Below, in pieces: positions 11,388-24,084 of a DNA stretch of 64,000 bases. How positions within the stretch are numbered: position 1 is the first letter of the stretch; each line of letters begins with the position of its first letter. The position numbers and the translations under genes were made by a program. The notes beneath the pieces were generated by a model, which worked only from the letters and a program-made list of their open reading frames with translations, did no database searches and was not told the origin of the DNA. Source of the DNA: Nemertoderma westbladi (taxonomy: Eukaryota > Animalia > Xenacoelomorpha); assembly GCA_032718475.1 (NCBI GenBank), contig JAUCBJ010008826.1:1-64000 (forward strand), given 5' to 3'.

Positions 11388-13356
11388 CTACTACTACTAA
11401 GTCGAGCGAACTCGGACAGTGGAAATGAGATCCTTCCAGGCTTCCCGATTCTCCATAGTTGTCGCAATTTCGTTTCTCCCAAGTTCAGTATCCCTTTCAA
11501 GTTGATCTATATATGTTATGGCCGGTCGTCCACGACTACGCTTTCCATGAGTTGGTTGCCAGAGAAGTAGATCTGGTATGACCTCGTCTTTACTTCGCCA
11601 GCAGTGCCCACAGAATCTTAATCTGCGTTCCCGGAGGGTGGTTGATACAGGTGGTATTGTACCATAAAGCTCGGCGTTTGTCATGTGTTGTCTCCAGCTG
11701 ATGTTTAAGGCTGCCCTTAGTAGTCGTGTGTAGCAACCATCAATTCGTTGTTCAAGTGATTTAGTCAGTGTCCAGGTCTCACCCCCGTATAAAAATACAC
11801 TTTCCACTGATGCAATCCAACCTCCTTAGCAGCCCTCTCCACTTTATTTAGTAGAAGCTGTGCATCTGCTAGCGTATTAGAGAGCAGGGCGATGTCATCC
11901 GCAAAGTCGGTGTCTGTGACTGTAGTTGCCGGATTTCTACTACTTCTGCGTTCTTGAAGTGTGAATCCCAGATCTTCACTCTTTGTGGCCGTCCTCATTG
12001 CGTAATCCAGCACAATTACAAATAGTAATGGTGCTAATGTGTCACCTTGCAGTACGCCAGCCAGGATTGAGAAAAACTCAGTTTCACCATCTGGTGAGAG
12101 TACCTGCGCTTCTGTGTCACAATATAACAATCCAATGCCAGCAACAATTACTTCTGGTATTCCATAAGCTCTTAGGATTTCAAGCATTTTACCTCTATGG
12201 ATGGAGTCGAATGCCTTCTTGAAGTCCACAAAAGTCATGACTGCGGGGAGATTCTTTGACTTAATTCCTTCAATCATTCTCCGTAGTGCAAGTATCTGAG
12301 CTATTGTTGAACTACTGTGTCGAAATCCGTTTTGGCTCTTACGCAGTAGTTTCTCTATGTGAGGCCTAATCCTATATAGAATCATTTTATTGTATATTTT
12401 GGCAGCTACCACAAGCAGGCAGATCCCACGATAGTTTGTTGGTATGCTGAGGTCTCCTTTCTTGGGGAGAGGCTTTAGTTGACGTTTAGTCCAAATTGGT
12501 GGTGGCTTTTCCCCTTTTAACATCCGGTTGCAAACATTCAATAATGGTCTGTTTAGCACTCCGGTTTTCCATACCTCAGCTGGGATTTCATCTAATCCAC
12601 TCGCTTTATTATTGGACATGCTTTTAATGCTTCTTTGGAGTTCGGCAGGTGTGAAGTCCCCTGTTTCTATGTCAAATGTCAAATCTATGTTTCTGTTTCT
12701 ATGTTCCCATGTTTCTGTTCCCCTGTGTCTTGTCATATATTTTCCTTGTAGGGCTGACCTCGATGTTTGGTGGCTGCCCAAACAAGTTGCTGAAGTGTTT
12801 TTCCACTTCCCAACACGTTCTTCAGGATTATCGGCTTTGAGGCGCCTCTTTGCACAACTTTTCCGACCAGATACCTCATTTACAGTTTGTCAGGTAGGTC
12901 TTGATTGTTGCTGTATGTGAGCAGTTGTAATTGCTTCAGTTTTATCCTGTATGTACTTTTCCTGGCTGATGTTGTAGGCCAATTTAAGATCGTCCTTAGC
13001 TTTCTCAACCTTGTTAATGTTTTCGGTTGTTCGGTTTTAACTTTGTAGGCTATCTTAAGATCTTCTCTCTTACAAGTAACCTCAGAGTTTTGCCATGGCA
13101 CATACTGTTTTCGTTTGGGTTTCTGGGGGATATGCCTCTTAGCTGATTCCTTGTGGGCTGTTATTATATTCTGGTATATTGAATTGGTGGATTGGTCTTC
13201 ATCCATTGACTGAAGTGCTTCAAAGCGGTTTTGAACTTCTACTGTATAAGCATCCTTTACAGCATTGTCAGTTCTGAGTTTCTCCCAGTCATATTTGATT
13301 TGCTTGCTTGTCCTGGGTTTGCTGGCTCTCAAACTGAGTCTGATCTCTGCAGTCAC
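11388..13356 (-). mobile_element. 5'-truncated RTE-like LINE (RT), decayed
   Basis: RT motifs NYRGICL, QNGFR, FVDFKKAFDSIHR, GVLQGDTLAP and DFADD; C-terminal ESVFLYGGETW...LLWQP...RGRP; (TAG)n tail at 11388-11399; internal deletion near 11790. Confidence 0.92.
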
Positions 13357-13359
13357 AAT

Positions 13360-13482
13360 TCTGTATATACAGTACACTATGTACAGTATGTACGTACAGT
13401 ACAATATGTACAGTACAATATGTACAGTACAATATACAGTACAGTATGTAGACCTTATTACTACTATTTTAGTACTGTATAT
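13360..13482. repeat. Degenerate TACAG/TACAA-type microsatellite
   Basis: Repeated GTACAGTA / TACAATAT units. Confidence 0.6.
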
Positions 13483-13483
13483 A

Positions 13484-13725
13484 AATGGGAGAATCTTTTT
13501 AGACTCGTTAAGCCAAGGAATGCCTGTTCACCACATGGGTGATCTTCCACAGGAAACCCTTCCACTCCGTTTCCCAAGTTGCCTTGGTTCCCATTTATCG
13601 ACTACTGAAGATGAAAGCCGGGGTTGGGCTAGGCTGCAGCATATAAAGCACTGTGCCTTAACAGTGCTGTCCCAACTAGGGATCGAACCAGGGCTCCCTA
13701 ATTGAAAGCCCAGGAATGTCACCAA
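13484..13725 (-). mobile_element. tRNA-derived SINE
   Basis: B-box-like GGTTCGATCCC near the 5' end. A second copy lies on the + strand at ~43363-43566. Confidence 0.75.
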
Positions 13726-13984
13726 GTACTGTATATTCTAAAGTGCAACGTCATGTGAAATTACCACGAATGAATGACTGCATTATTGGATTCTTTCCCT
13801 CAAAGACCACAAGAAACACTGCTAAAGACTCCGGATTACGTCCAGTATAGCAGTATGCTTAATTATAGTTTGACAATAAACTGGCTAAATTTCAGGAAGG
13901 TTAACAATAACAGTACTAATGTAAAATAATTATTGTACCGGTACAAAAAAGTGTACATGCTTAATAGTAAGCCTATAAAGTAAC

Positions 13985-14269
13985 CTTTTTCATGATTGCA
14001 GATAACATTTCAGATTCTCCACTTTGTCTTTCCATTTCTCTTCCTTGTCTCTCCATTTTTTTATCTGATTCTCTTCCTTGAGTCTCTTTTCCGTTATCCA
14101 AAATCCCTTCCTGTGTTTCCATTCCGTTTTCTGAAATAATTTCTTGTGTTTCAATTTTGTTTTCCGATTTACCAATTTGCTCAACATCACAAGTCTTACT
14201 CTCAAGCATTACTTCAACTGATGTAGTTGGATTTAGAGAAACGGCTTGTTCATAGATTGCACCTGATTG
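13985..14269 (-). CDS. Putative host-gene exon 2 (95 aa, E/K-rich short repeats: QSGAIYEQAVSL...MLSAIMKK)
   Basis: Acceptor TTTTATTTTAG, 285 bp open, and a weak donor AAG|GTTACT. Both ends are phase 0, compatible with exons 37941-38207 and 9079-9177. Confidence 0.6.
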
Positions 14270-14764
14270 CTAAAATAAAATGCATAAATATAATTATAAT
14301 ATATATTAAACCGGCACAGCATTCTTAAAAATGCAGCTGCAATGCAGCATTCCGATCCCACTGTAGTACAGTGGTATAATATATAATAAATAATAAACAT
14401 ATACCAGTACACTATACTCACTCACTATAGTATATCAAATTAGACACATGATTTTAGCACCGCCCATTAAACGAATCTGTTTGTAGGTGATCTCCATATT
14501 AAACAAGCTTATTAATTATTCAAAAACTCACCTATGGAATAATAACCCACTACAACACTAACAGTTTGTACTTTGTAGGTTATATTAATAAATTATTTTT
14601 TCATAAGTTATTGTTCAAGATATAGAGGTAAAGGAATCAATTGATGATAACTATATTCAAGTCAAGGATTAATTTGGTAAACTAATTATATACATTCAGG
14701 AATGGCCTAGTCCTAGTACAGTATATTGTTCGGTACCTACTGTATATATTCCTGAATTAGAAAT

Positions 14765-15560
14765 TGTGTACATTTTTGTATCTCCATCTGTTGCAGACAC
14801 AAATATTGAGGAACCATTATACATTCATTTTGATTGCAGCTATTATAAGCCATTCTATAGAATGGTCTCCATGATACTTCTACCTTTTCGGAAACGTTGT
14901 TGTTGTTGGTGTATCCATGATTTTACTTTACCTACTGTATAACTATATATATTTATGCTTTGAGTAATAAAGCCCGCGGGCGAGAATACCGGAAATAAAA
15001 TGAATGAAATGAGTGCCATACAGCACAGGGCGTTTGTAACTTTATTCTGTCAAATAGCTTAGCTGCAATCGAAATCAGTTTGATCGCACAATATGAATCT
15101 ACATAGAGTCATGATTTTCCTTTGACAGCAACCAGCTCGTGATGGATTTAAGAGTTGGATTATTTGTTAGAGAATGAAATGGATTATGATAAATAATTCA
15201 TGGCCCTTGAATCCCTCAGGAGGTGCGCCATCAATACCACTGACTTTATTTGTCTTCATAGAAACTGCGGATTTTTCTACATCACAAATTGTGATATCAC
15301 CTGTGGTAATCTCTTTGAGAACTGTGGGAGACACGTTGTAAAGTGAAGTTACCAGGAAGTACTAGATCATCATTGAGAAGTTTCTCAAAGTGAGCCTTCA
15401 AAATAGCTAGGGATTCCACTGTTGTCTGTTACCCTGGAATTTGGTTTGCTCTTCCTTACAGTTTGCTTCATTAATTGCTTGCTATGCCGCAACAAATTTT
15501 CAACTTTCGATGGATTTCTTTATTGCAACAATCTGCTCACTGACTAGCAATGACTGATTG
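14765..15560 (-). pseudogene. Old, highly decayed RT remnant related to the LINE at 4057-7300
   Basis: The reverse complement contains GAAGGCTCACTTTGAGAAACTTCTCAATGATGA (cf. ~6120) and TTTGTGTCTGCAACAGATGGAGATACA (cf. ~6778). Confidence 0.7.
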
Positions 15561-17201
15561 AAATTAAAGTCACGAAATTATTTTTTATCAATAGAGGTAA
15601 GTTTAACAGGGTAACATTCATGATAACAGGTAGTATCTCATTGTCACCTTTCGAGATTTCCAACTGGAGCTCGCCAGTTAGATCTCGCTTGGGGTGTCCG
15701 GATAATTGCAACCCGGGTCATTGGACCCATGATTTTAGATATACTGTATTTGTTGTATCGCAATTGTCCAGGTCGCAATTGTCCTACTGTAACTTCCACA
15801 CCTGGACGTCAACGCCGACTTTGCTACGAATAATACGTAGTGTACAGTATTGATAGTAGTAGAGTCTTGGGCGGCTCGGCGACAGTTAGACCCCACTCAT
15901 GACACATCGCTTAGGAATGTGACACCTATGGGTGTCATTGGCGCCAGAATGTCTGGGTGACACCTCCTAATTAGGCTAATAAAACCCAAATTTACAGGTG
16001 TCATCAATTAATTAATACACTTAATCCCTAATAGGTGTCTTACGACTCCTAATTAGGGTTTAATTGATTATACTAATTAATCAGACCGAATAGCGCCCTA
16101 ACACCCAATGGCTCATGAGTGTTGTCTAACTGTCACCTAGAGGCCCAAGAGGGTGTCATAAGTGACACCGCGGCTTTTTTATTTATTAATACTTATTTAT
16201 TTGTATTTAATTTTAATTTATTTAATTGTATTTATTTTTACTTTATTTATTTAATTTTAAATTAATTATTTATTTGTACTTTATTTTAAATTAATTAATT
16301 GTATTACTTTTACTTTATATATTGATTTCTATTTTAATATTAATTAGTTTTTATATTACTTACCGCTACTAAATGAGATCACTATGACATAATATCTATA
16401 TTTAGCTCTGTGGTATACAGCTCCTTACTGGCAACTATTTTGGAGTTAATGTTAGCAAAGGGCCTAAACTTAAGACAAGCTATCGCCTAGGTTACCAGTT
16501 ATGCATGAATGAGAAATTTATCAGGGCCCCTCTTAAAATTCTTTGTGCTGCGTCAGCAGCACAAGGAAGCTTAAGGAAGCTGCATCCCTATCGATAATCT
16601 AATTATGGTATCGCTAATCATTTTCAGTATACTGTATAATTAAATAGGGCCCTCAATTAATACATAAGTTTATATATACAGTTTATCTTCAATTTAATTT
16701 GTTTTTATTTACAACCCTAATTGTTCTACTGTATTATAATTTATGTTTTATAATAACAAGCTATATCCGGTTAATCTGTATTAATTTTCTTTGTACTGAG
16801 TTTATCGAGTGCGCTGTTTCCAATGGTCCTATTCTCAAAACGATCTAACCTACTGTATAATTAATTACTTAAGACTGCGATGTATGCGTAATTAACTAAT
16901 CTCGTTTACCAGTTTTCCTTAAAAACTTTGAAGCCATATTGCTTAAGAGTTCTAAGGGGCGAGTCATGAGGCAAGATGTTTGAGACTTATTTAGATATAT
17001 TATTACTTAATTTTGACCCCCCAGTCGGTATCTATTACAATATGGGCTATAACTTTTGTAGAGTCACAGAGTAGTCTGAAGTTCCCCAGTCTGCCGCTAG
17101 AGGGCGAAATGTCTCAAACTAAAAACCATATAGTAGCCATGAATTGGTTACTAGGCAATAATACTGCATTTTGCAAAGTTAGGCCTATTGCTGACCGAAT
17201 G

Positions 17202-17285
17202 AAAACTGCCCTGGTTCATGCGGGGATCGAACCCATGACATACGGGAGATGCGAATTCAACGTAACCACTACACCAAGGTGGAAC
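17202..17285 (-). ncRNA. tRNA-like Pol III cassette in the left TIR
   Basis: On the minus strand: A box TGGTGTAGTGG, B box GGTTCGATCC, then TTTT. No convincing cloverleaf. Confidence 0.45.
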
Positions 17286-17348
17286 CGTAACCTTCGAATT
17301 TGTTCGTTGCCGTTCGAATTTGTAAGACTCTCATTTAAGACCTGATAC

Positions 17349-17597
17349 AGACTATGCCTCACTGTGGCATAGACTATGCCTCACTGAGGTACAGAATATG
17401 TCTCACTGAGGCTCTGAGGCATAGTCTATGCCTCACTGGGGCACTGAGCCACAGACTATGCCTCACTGAGCCGCAGACTATGCCTCACTGAGGCATAGAC
17501 TATGCCTCACTGAGGTACTGAGGCATAGACTATACCTCACTGAGGCATCGACGACTATGCCTCACTATGGCATAGACTATGACTCACTGAGGCATAG
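17349..17597. repeat. Palindromic 22-bp minisatellite (GAC TATGCCTCA C TGAGGCATA) in the left TIR; resumes at 18784-18819
   Basis: Tandem array seen directly; the solo LTR is inserted in it. Confidence 0.9.
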
Positions 17598-18783
17598 TGT
17601 TCGCGCTTTCAGACCTTTAGCAGTTTAACCTGCCAAATTTGGATGTCTTCTAGATTATAAATCGACTTTAGCCTATGACGAGTATTTGTTACACTACATT
17701 AGCCGAAGCCAGTCTATGCGCGACCATTCACCCGCTGGATACACCCGGGAGACTGGATTCGGAAGCTTTGACCTTATTGCGGTGTAGGCCTACTGTATTA
17801 TTCGACTGATCGTTAATATATAATTTCTGACAAATATTATTCACTTTCGGGAAATATTAACAGTTCCTTTAGGACGTGGCGCTCTAAATATGTAAACAGA
17901 GTTATGACTTATACTAGACACAACGGGATAGCTATGGATTCACGTATAAAGCGCATTCTTTAGGAGATGCTTTGTTATCAGTCACAATCATGCACACTAC
18001 CGCACAATGCTGCACACCGATCTGCCGACCTTCACTAATTTTAGTCACATATAAAGAGAACAACAACCGACTCATGTAGTGCCTATGAAATAGCATTAGA
18101 TTCACTCCAAAACCACTTTAATGTAAGTCGCAATTATTGTATGTAACCGGTCTCTCACCTTCAGTATATCAAGAAGATTGGCGGTTTTATGATTATTCAC
18201 CGATATTATCCAAATATAATAATATTCCATCAACTGATATAATTAATAACCGACAGTAAATAGCAGTAAAAATGCGGTGTTTGTAGTTGACAATATGATT
18301 TGACACACTGACTTGTGATTAGTTTGTGTTGCGATAACAGTTATACGTTTCTATGACCAAAGCCTACTAATGTTTGGCTAAAGCCTGAAAACACAGAAAT
18401 TCCAAAGCCGGTCTTATGGGTGTGGACAAAATACACATACTGACTCAATTGCATGAGTTTCTGTATACAATCTCCAACACAGAGTGAAAACCGCTCTGAT
18501 TGGTCGACCGAACAAAGAACGAACAAAGAACAAAGAAAATGTTACATGTGTACATATCAGCTGTTAGATGTCGTCATGGTAACTACACTGTATCAAGAGG
18601 ATTTTGGCTTATTGCGACATAAGATCGCTAGTTATGTCCGCTAAAGTACACATACAGAAGAAATGGCTTTTTATGTCCACTAAAACACCGGTACAGTAAG
18701 GAAACGGCTTTTTATGTCCGTTAAAACACCTACAGAGCACTTTGCGGGAAAAATAACTAGCTAGATCCGCAAAAGCCTTTACA
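17598..18783 (-). mobile_element. Solo LTR of the BEL/Pao family
   Basis: Reverse complement of the LTR with TGT...ACA ends, flanked by the 5-bp TSD CATAG (17593-17597 / 18784-18788). Confidence 0.93.
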
Positions 18784-19347
18784 CATAGACTATGCCCCAC
18801 TGAGCCACTGAGGCATAGTGATGCTGGGGGAATCTGGTTTGCGAGGGATATTTGAATGGTGAGTATAACTATCCTTGAGAGTTAGTGTGATGTTATCTCA
18901 CCATGGATGAGCTTTACCACAGTATTCGCATCTGCTCTTTCATTGGCTGCTCGATGCCTCAGATTAAGGGTCTAAGGCCTTCAAGCTGGTCACTTGCTTA
19001 GTTTTCTAATTAGAAGGTCATGAATTCGAACCCTAGAAGAACATTATTCTTTTTCCTAGCTCTTGGCTGACTCTAGTGTACACTAGCTTTGACTCTCCCA
19101 GCTATAGTGATAGTATGCAACCTTGGGAGTTAATGTGCGGTCTTATGAGTAAAGGCCAAGAGATTAGACTTCAGGTTGCCTCCATTGGTTCACTCTTCTT
19201 AACCTTATAAAATAACTCAACCCTTATTTAAAGTTTTAAAAATTATGACTTAGTCGACTAATTTTCCAAAGTATATTATAAAAACATATAATTGCTTGAA
19301 TAAATAGACCTAATAGTAATAAATATTGTGGGGTAAATACATTTATA

Positions 19348-19495
19348 ATACTAATATAATTATTATGGATAAATAGTCCCAATACTAATATAGGCTAATT
19401 GTTATGGATAAATAGTCCTAATACTAATATAATTGTTATGGATAAATAGTCCTAATACTAATATAATTGTTATGGATAAATAGTCCTAATACTAT
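19348..19495. repeat. AT-rich ~34-38-bp tandem repeat (TAATACTAATATAATTGTTATGGATAAATAGTCC), ~4 copies
   Basis: Tandem copies just downstream of the cargo gene stop codon. Confidence 0.85.
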
Positions 19496-20355
19496 TATGA
19501 AAGGAACTCAAACAAACAAATGTCAATAGCGTCGTCCTGCGCGGGCATATACTGAACGAGAGTTTTTTTTATCATAGGTCTTCGAAAATAAGTAAAAGCT
19601 GGTTGATTTACTTTACTTTCATCTTCCTCATTACCCAACTGTTTCTTAATTTTATTCAATTGTTCATTAATATTCAGTAATTTACTTTTATTTCCCAGAA
19701 CCTGTCTTAATATCTCTTCTCTATTTTCTTCATTTTCTTCCATTTGTTTAATAAACTTCCGCATTTGATTTTTGTTTCCTAATATTTGTCTCAATATCTC
19801 TTCTTTATTTTCATCATTCTCTTCTAAATGTTTAATAAATTTCTGTAATTTAATTTTACTTCCTAGAACTTGGGTCAATGTCGCCTCTTTATTTTCTTCA
19901 TTTTCCTTCAAATGTTTAATAATTTTCCGCAATTGATTCTTATTTCCAAGTAATTGTCTCTTTATTTCCTCATTATCATCATTTTCATCCTCTTCTCCAC
20001 TTTCCTGATCTTCACTTTCTTCACCCTCTTTCTGACCTTCACTTTCTTCATCCTCTTTCCCACCTTCACTTTCTTCATCCTCTTCCCCACCTTCACTTTC
20101 TTCAGCCTCTTCCTGATCTTCATTTTCTTCACCCTCTTTCTGACCTTCACTTTCTTTATCCTCTTCCTCTTCTTCACTTCTTCATCCTCTACCTGTTCTT
20201 CACTTTCTTCATTCTCTTCCTGTCCTTCACTTTCTTCATCCTCTTCCTGATCTTCACTTTCTTCGTCCTCTTCCTGATCTTCACTTTCTTCGTTCTCAAC
20301 TTCACTCTCTTTAACTTCATCCTGACCCTCACTATTTACATTCTCCATCTCATCG
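19495..20355 (-). pseudogene. 3' part of the Polinton-like cargo gene: acidic (EESEDQEED)n tract followed by ~27-aa helical repeats
   Basis: ORFs 19962-20348 and 19495-19932 with a frameshift in the acidic tract. Three repeats of the type KFIKHLEENDENKEEILRQILGNK. Confidence 0.65.
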
Positions 20356-21522
20356 TGTAAAAGCTTTTGCGGAATTAGCCGGTTATTTTCCCCGTAAAGT
20401 ACTCTGTAGTTGGTTTAACAGGCATAAAAGGCCGTATCCTTACTGTACTGGTGTTTTAGTGGACATAAAAAGCCATTTCTTCTGTATGTGTACTTTAGCG
20501 GACATAATTAGCAATTCTATGACGCAAGGCGCTAGATCCTCTTGAAACAGTGTAGTTACTATGACGACAGCTAACAGCTGAGCTGTACACGTGTAGCTTT
20601 TTCCTTGTTCTCTGGTGTTTCTTTGTTCGGTCAACCAATCAGAGCGATTCTCCTGCTTTTTGTACAGAAACCTCCGGGAAATCGCGCAATGCATTATGGG
20701 TCAATGTTTACATTTTGTCCTGAGCCCAGAAGACCGGCTTTTGGAATCTCTGTGTTTTCAGTCTTTAGCCCAACATTAGTAGGCTTAATTATAGAACGTA
20801 TATCTGTTATCTCACTCACCTAATCATATTGTCAACTACAAACACCGCATTTTTACTGCTATTTACTGTCGGTTATTCATTATATCAGTTGATGGAATAT
20901 TATTATATTTGGAATACCGATAAATAATTACAAAACCCTCAATCTTCTTGATATACTGAATGTAAGAGAGACCGGTTACATATAACGATTGCGACTTACA
21001 TTAAAGTGGGTTTGAAGTGAATCTAATGCTATTTCATAGGCACTACATGTATTGGTTGTTGTTCTCTTTATATGTGACTAAAATTAGTGAAGGTCGGCAG
21101 ATCGGTGTGCAGCATTGTGCAGTATTGTGTATGATTGTGACTGATAACAAAGCATCTCCTAAAGAATGCGCCATATACGTGAATCTATAGCCATCCCGTT
21201 GTGTCTAGTTTAAGTCATAACTCTGTTTACATATTTAGAGCGCCACGTCCTAAAGGAACTGTTAATATTTCCCGAAAGTGAATAATATTTGTCAGAGATT
21301 ATATATTACGATCAATTGAATAATACAGTAGGCCTACACCGCAATACGGTTAGGCTTCCGAATCCAGTCTCCCGGGTATATCCAGCGGGTGAATGGTCGT
21401 GCATAGACTGGCTTCGGCTAATGTAGTGTATCAAATACTCGTCATAGGCTAAAGACGATTCATTATCTAGAAGACATCCCAATTTGGCAGGTTAAACTGC
21501 TAAAGGTCTAAAAGCGCGAACA
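20356..21522 (+). repeat. 5' LTR of copy 2
   Basis: TGTAAAAGC...GCGCGAACA, directly repeated at 33338-34503. Confidence 0.96.
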
Positions 21523-21536
21523 ATAACAGATATACG
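21523..21536 (+). promoter_or_regulatory. Non-tRNA primer-binding site complementary to an LTR-internal motif (putative self-priming PBS)
   Basis: ATAACAGATATACG immediately after the LTR is the exact reverse complement of CGTATATCTGTTAT at 20797-20810. It has no TGG start. Confidence 0.7.
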
Positions 21537-21805
21537 CTTCTTTATTGCAACGTAGGCAATAAAGCTGAAGTACCGGCCAACCGGTACCCAATAGGCCTGA
21601 CTACCTAACCACCCGGACCGGTACTTACAGCAGTACAGGTACAGCAGTATTATTTCGATTGTGATATTGTATACCGGTAGGCTGTTTAAGAGATTAGGGA
21701 CTGTACACCCCTTGTTTCTTTTGGAGCTTACTTATTTCTGTCAGGTTTTATTTATTTGTAGGTTAATATTGAGCAGAAGACGTGTAAGCCTGCTCAGATT
21801 ATACA

Positions 21806-22385
21806 GATAATTTGTAGGCTGGACTGTTGTCTGACTGTTGTTAAGTCTGAAGGGACTGTAGTGTGTGTAGAGTGTATGTCCGATAAAGTGCCAGTTGGGA
21901 ACGTAGGGGCTTCCAGTGCTGTGAGGTAAACCCCCTCGAAAGAATAAGTCGTACTACTCGGTTAGAACGCATACTAACTAACCATTTTGGAGTCTGCATA
22001 TACTGTAGTTTATTTAGGCTTGATAGTAGTCTGCCAGCGTTTGGTCTGTACTTTGTTTGTGTAGTCTGTACGGGTAGCGTAATATTTCTTATTTAGATAA
22101 TTTGTAGGCTGGATTGTTGTCTGGCTGTTGTTAGGTCTGAAGAAATTTCGGTGTGTGTAGAGTGTATGTCCGATAAAGTGCCAGTTGGGAACGTAGGGGC
22201 TTCCAGTGCTGTGAGGTAAACCCCCTCGAAAGAATAAGTCGTACTACTCGGTTAGAACGCATACTAACTAACCATTTCGGAGTCTGCATATACCGTAGTT
22301 TGTTTAGGCTTGATAGTAGTCTGTCAGTATTTGGTCTGCATTTTGTTTGAGTAGTCTGTACGCGTAGCGTAATATTTATTATTCA
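21806..22385 (+). repeat. ~289-bp direct tandem duplication in the 5' leader of copy 2
   Basis: The block starting AGATAATTTGTAGGCTGG occurs at ~21806 and ~22095. Confidence 0.9.
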
Positions 22386-24084
22386 GAGTTTATGCGATTA
22401 TTCGCAACATTCATATCCCCAAGTTTATTCCTACAGTAATTGTGCTTGTTATATATACCGTTATAGTTAAACTAACCCCGGTACTACATCAGGGCTGCTT
22501 GGCGTAGGTAAAGACTGGTGATTTTGTGCCCCGGTCACTCCAGCAGATACCGTGGTTCTTTTAGCTGTACAAGTATTTCTAACTACTGATTATTTGTTGT
22601 ATAAGTACTTGTACCTAATTTAGGGTTTAGTGTACAGTGCTTTCCGAGGGTAATTAGTGTGTAGGCAGTATAATTGTGTTGTAAAGTGGATAATAGGCAC
22701 GTTGATTCTGGTAGACCGCGGTAATTAACTTCTAGGTAGGAACACTCCGTGATACATAACGTAGTACTTATAGCGATACGGCTATAAGTCGTCAGACGGT
22801 GGTATTTTCCTATCTGGACAACGCAATATATTTACTACTGCTTGTTATTTTCAAATACCGTAGTACCCTGTCCGTTGTAATAACCAGATATTCTAACCCT
22901 TTGTTAGGCTGGTTTGCAGACTTCTTGTAAAATTACCCTAAAAATTCATACGTGTAATTTTTGTGTTTATTTAGAGATTGTAATCTCACCCCGAATTGTA
23001 TGTAATTTGTAGTATTAAGTAACTTAGGTAAATTAGAATTATTTGTTTTAGTGTCCAACAAGTAGCACTTCACTGATAGCGCACAGCTTCTGTGTAGTGA
23101 CTCCTTCCCAGAAATAATAACATTTATTTCAAATATTGACAAAACCCATTATACGGGTATATATATATTATAAATCAACTCAAACCGATTTATAAATAGT
23201 AGGCCTGCCATACAACAATTAGGTCTCAATATCAGTTGGACTACTGCTCAAATAACGGTAATAAAGTAAGTTAAAGTAACCAAGTAACCCCTAAAATTCA
23301 GAAATTCAATAATTCTAAAATAATTGATATACCGGTATTTATAATAGGCTTATTATATTTATTTCTATAAATTTAGGCTGAAATTATACCGGTATTCTGT
23401 AATTAATTCTAGTCTGTAATTATACTTATATATATACATTATAAGTATAAGCTGTATACCGGTATTCACGATAGGCCTATTATATATATTTATATATTTG
23501 TGCTAAAATTATATACTGGTATTCTGTGACAAACCTAGTCTGTAATAATACTTATATATATACTATAAGCATACCGGTATTCTAATATATTATATATATA
23601 TATCACGCTACACTGAGTAGCAGTATCGGTAATTAATTACTAGGCTAACAGTTGATACTGAATTACTAGACTTGCTTTAACTGTAATATAGCAGTAGGCA
23701 TTCAACTGTACAAACAAACATGTCTGACACAAAGCAAAACCTGTCAGACAGCCTCCTAGATACAACCATCTGTGACCAAGAGCGGACGTCCGAGAATGGC
23801 TTCAGTTTTGACCTTCTTGATAAATATTTCTTTCAAAATTGTGATATCAATCTAAACAACTTGAGAATTCTAAGCATTTTGAGCTAAATAAATGAACTCT
23901 AAATATTCACTAGCACCAAATTGCCCACCCACCCTGTACAGCTGTAACAACGTTCTGGAACAAATAAATCATAATCTAAACATGTAGCCCCGGTGGTCTT
24001 CTAATCGTTCCTAAAAATAATTGGTAGATTCGAATTCGCATTGTACAATTAAACATTTCGGAAATAAACGTTTCGGATTATTTA

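Noticed and set aside
17202-17285. Functional tRNA gene
   Set aside because: A and B boxes are present, but no convincing acceptor or anticodon stems could be formed.
19954-20250. Hydrophobic Phe/Leu/Thr ORF resembling a membrane protein
   Set aside because: Antisense shadow of the purine-rich acidic tract.
20440-20823. Short ORFs inside the LTRs (also 33422-33805, 18341-18800)
   Set aside because: They recur only because the LTR is repeated, and the frames are not preserved among LTR variants.
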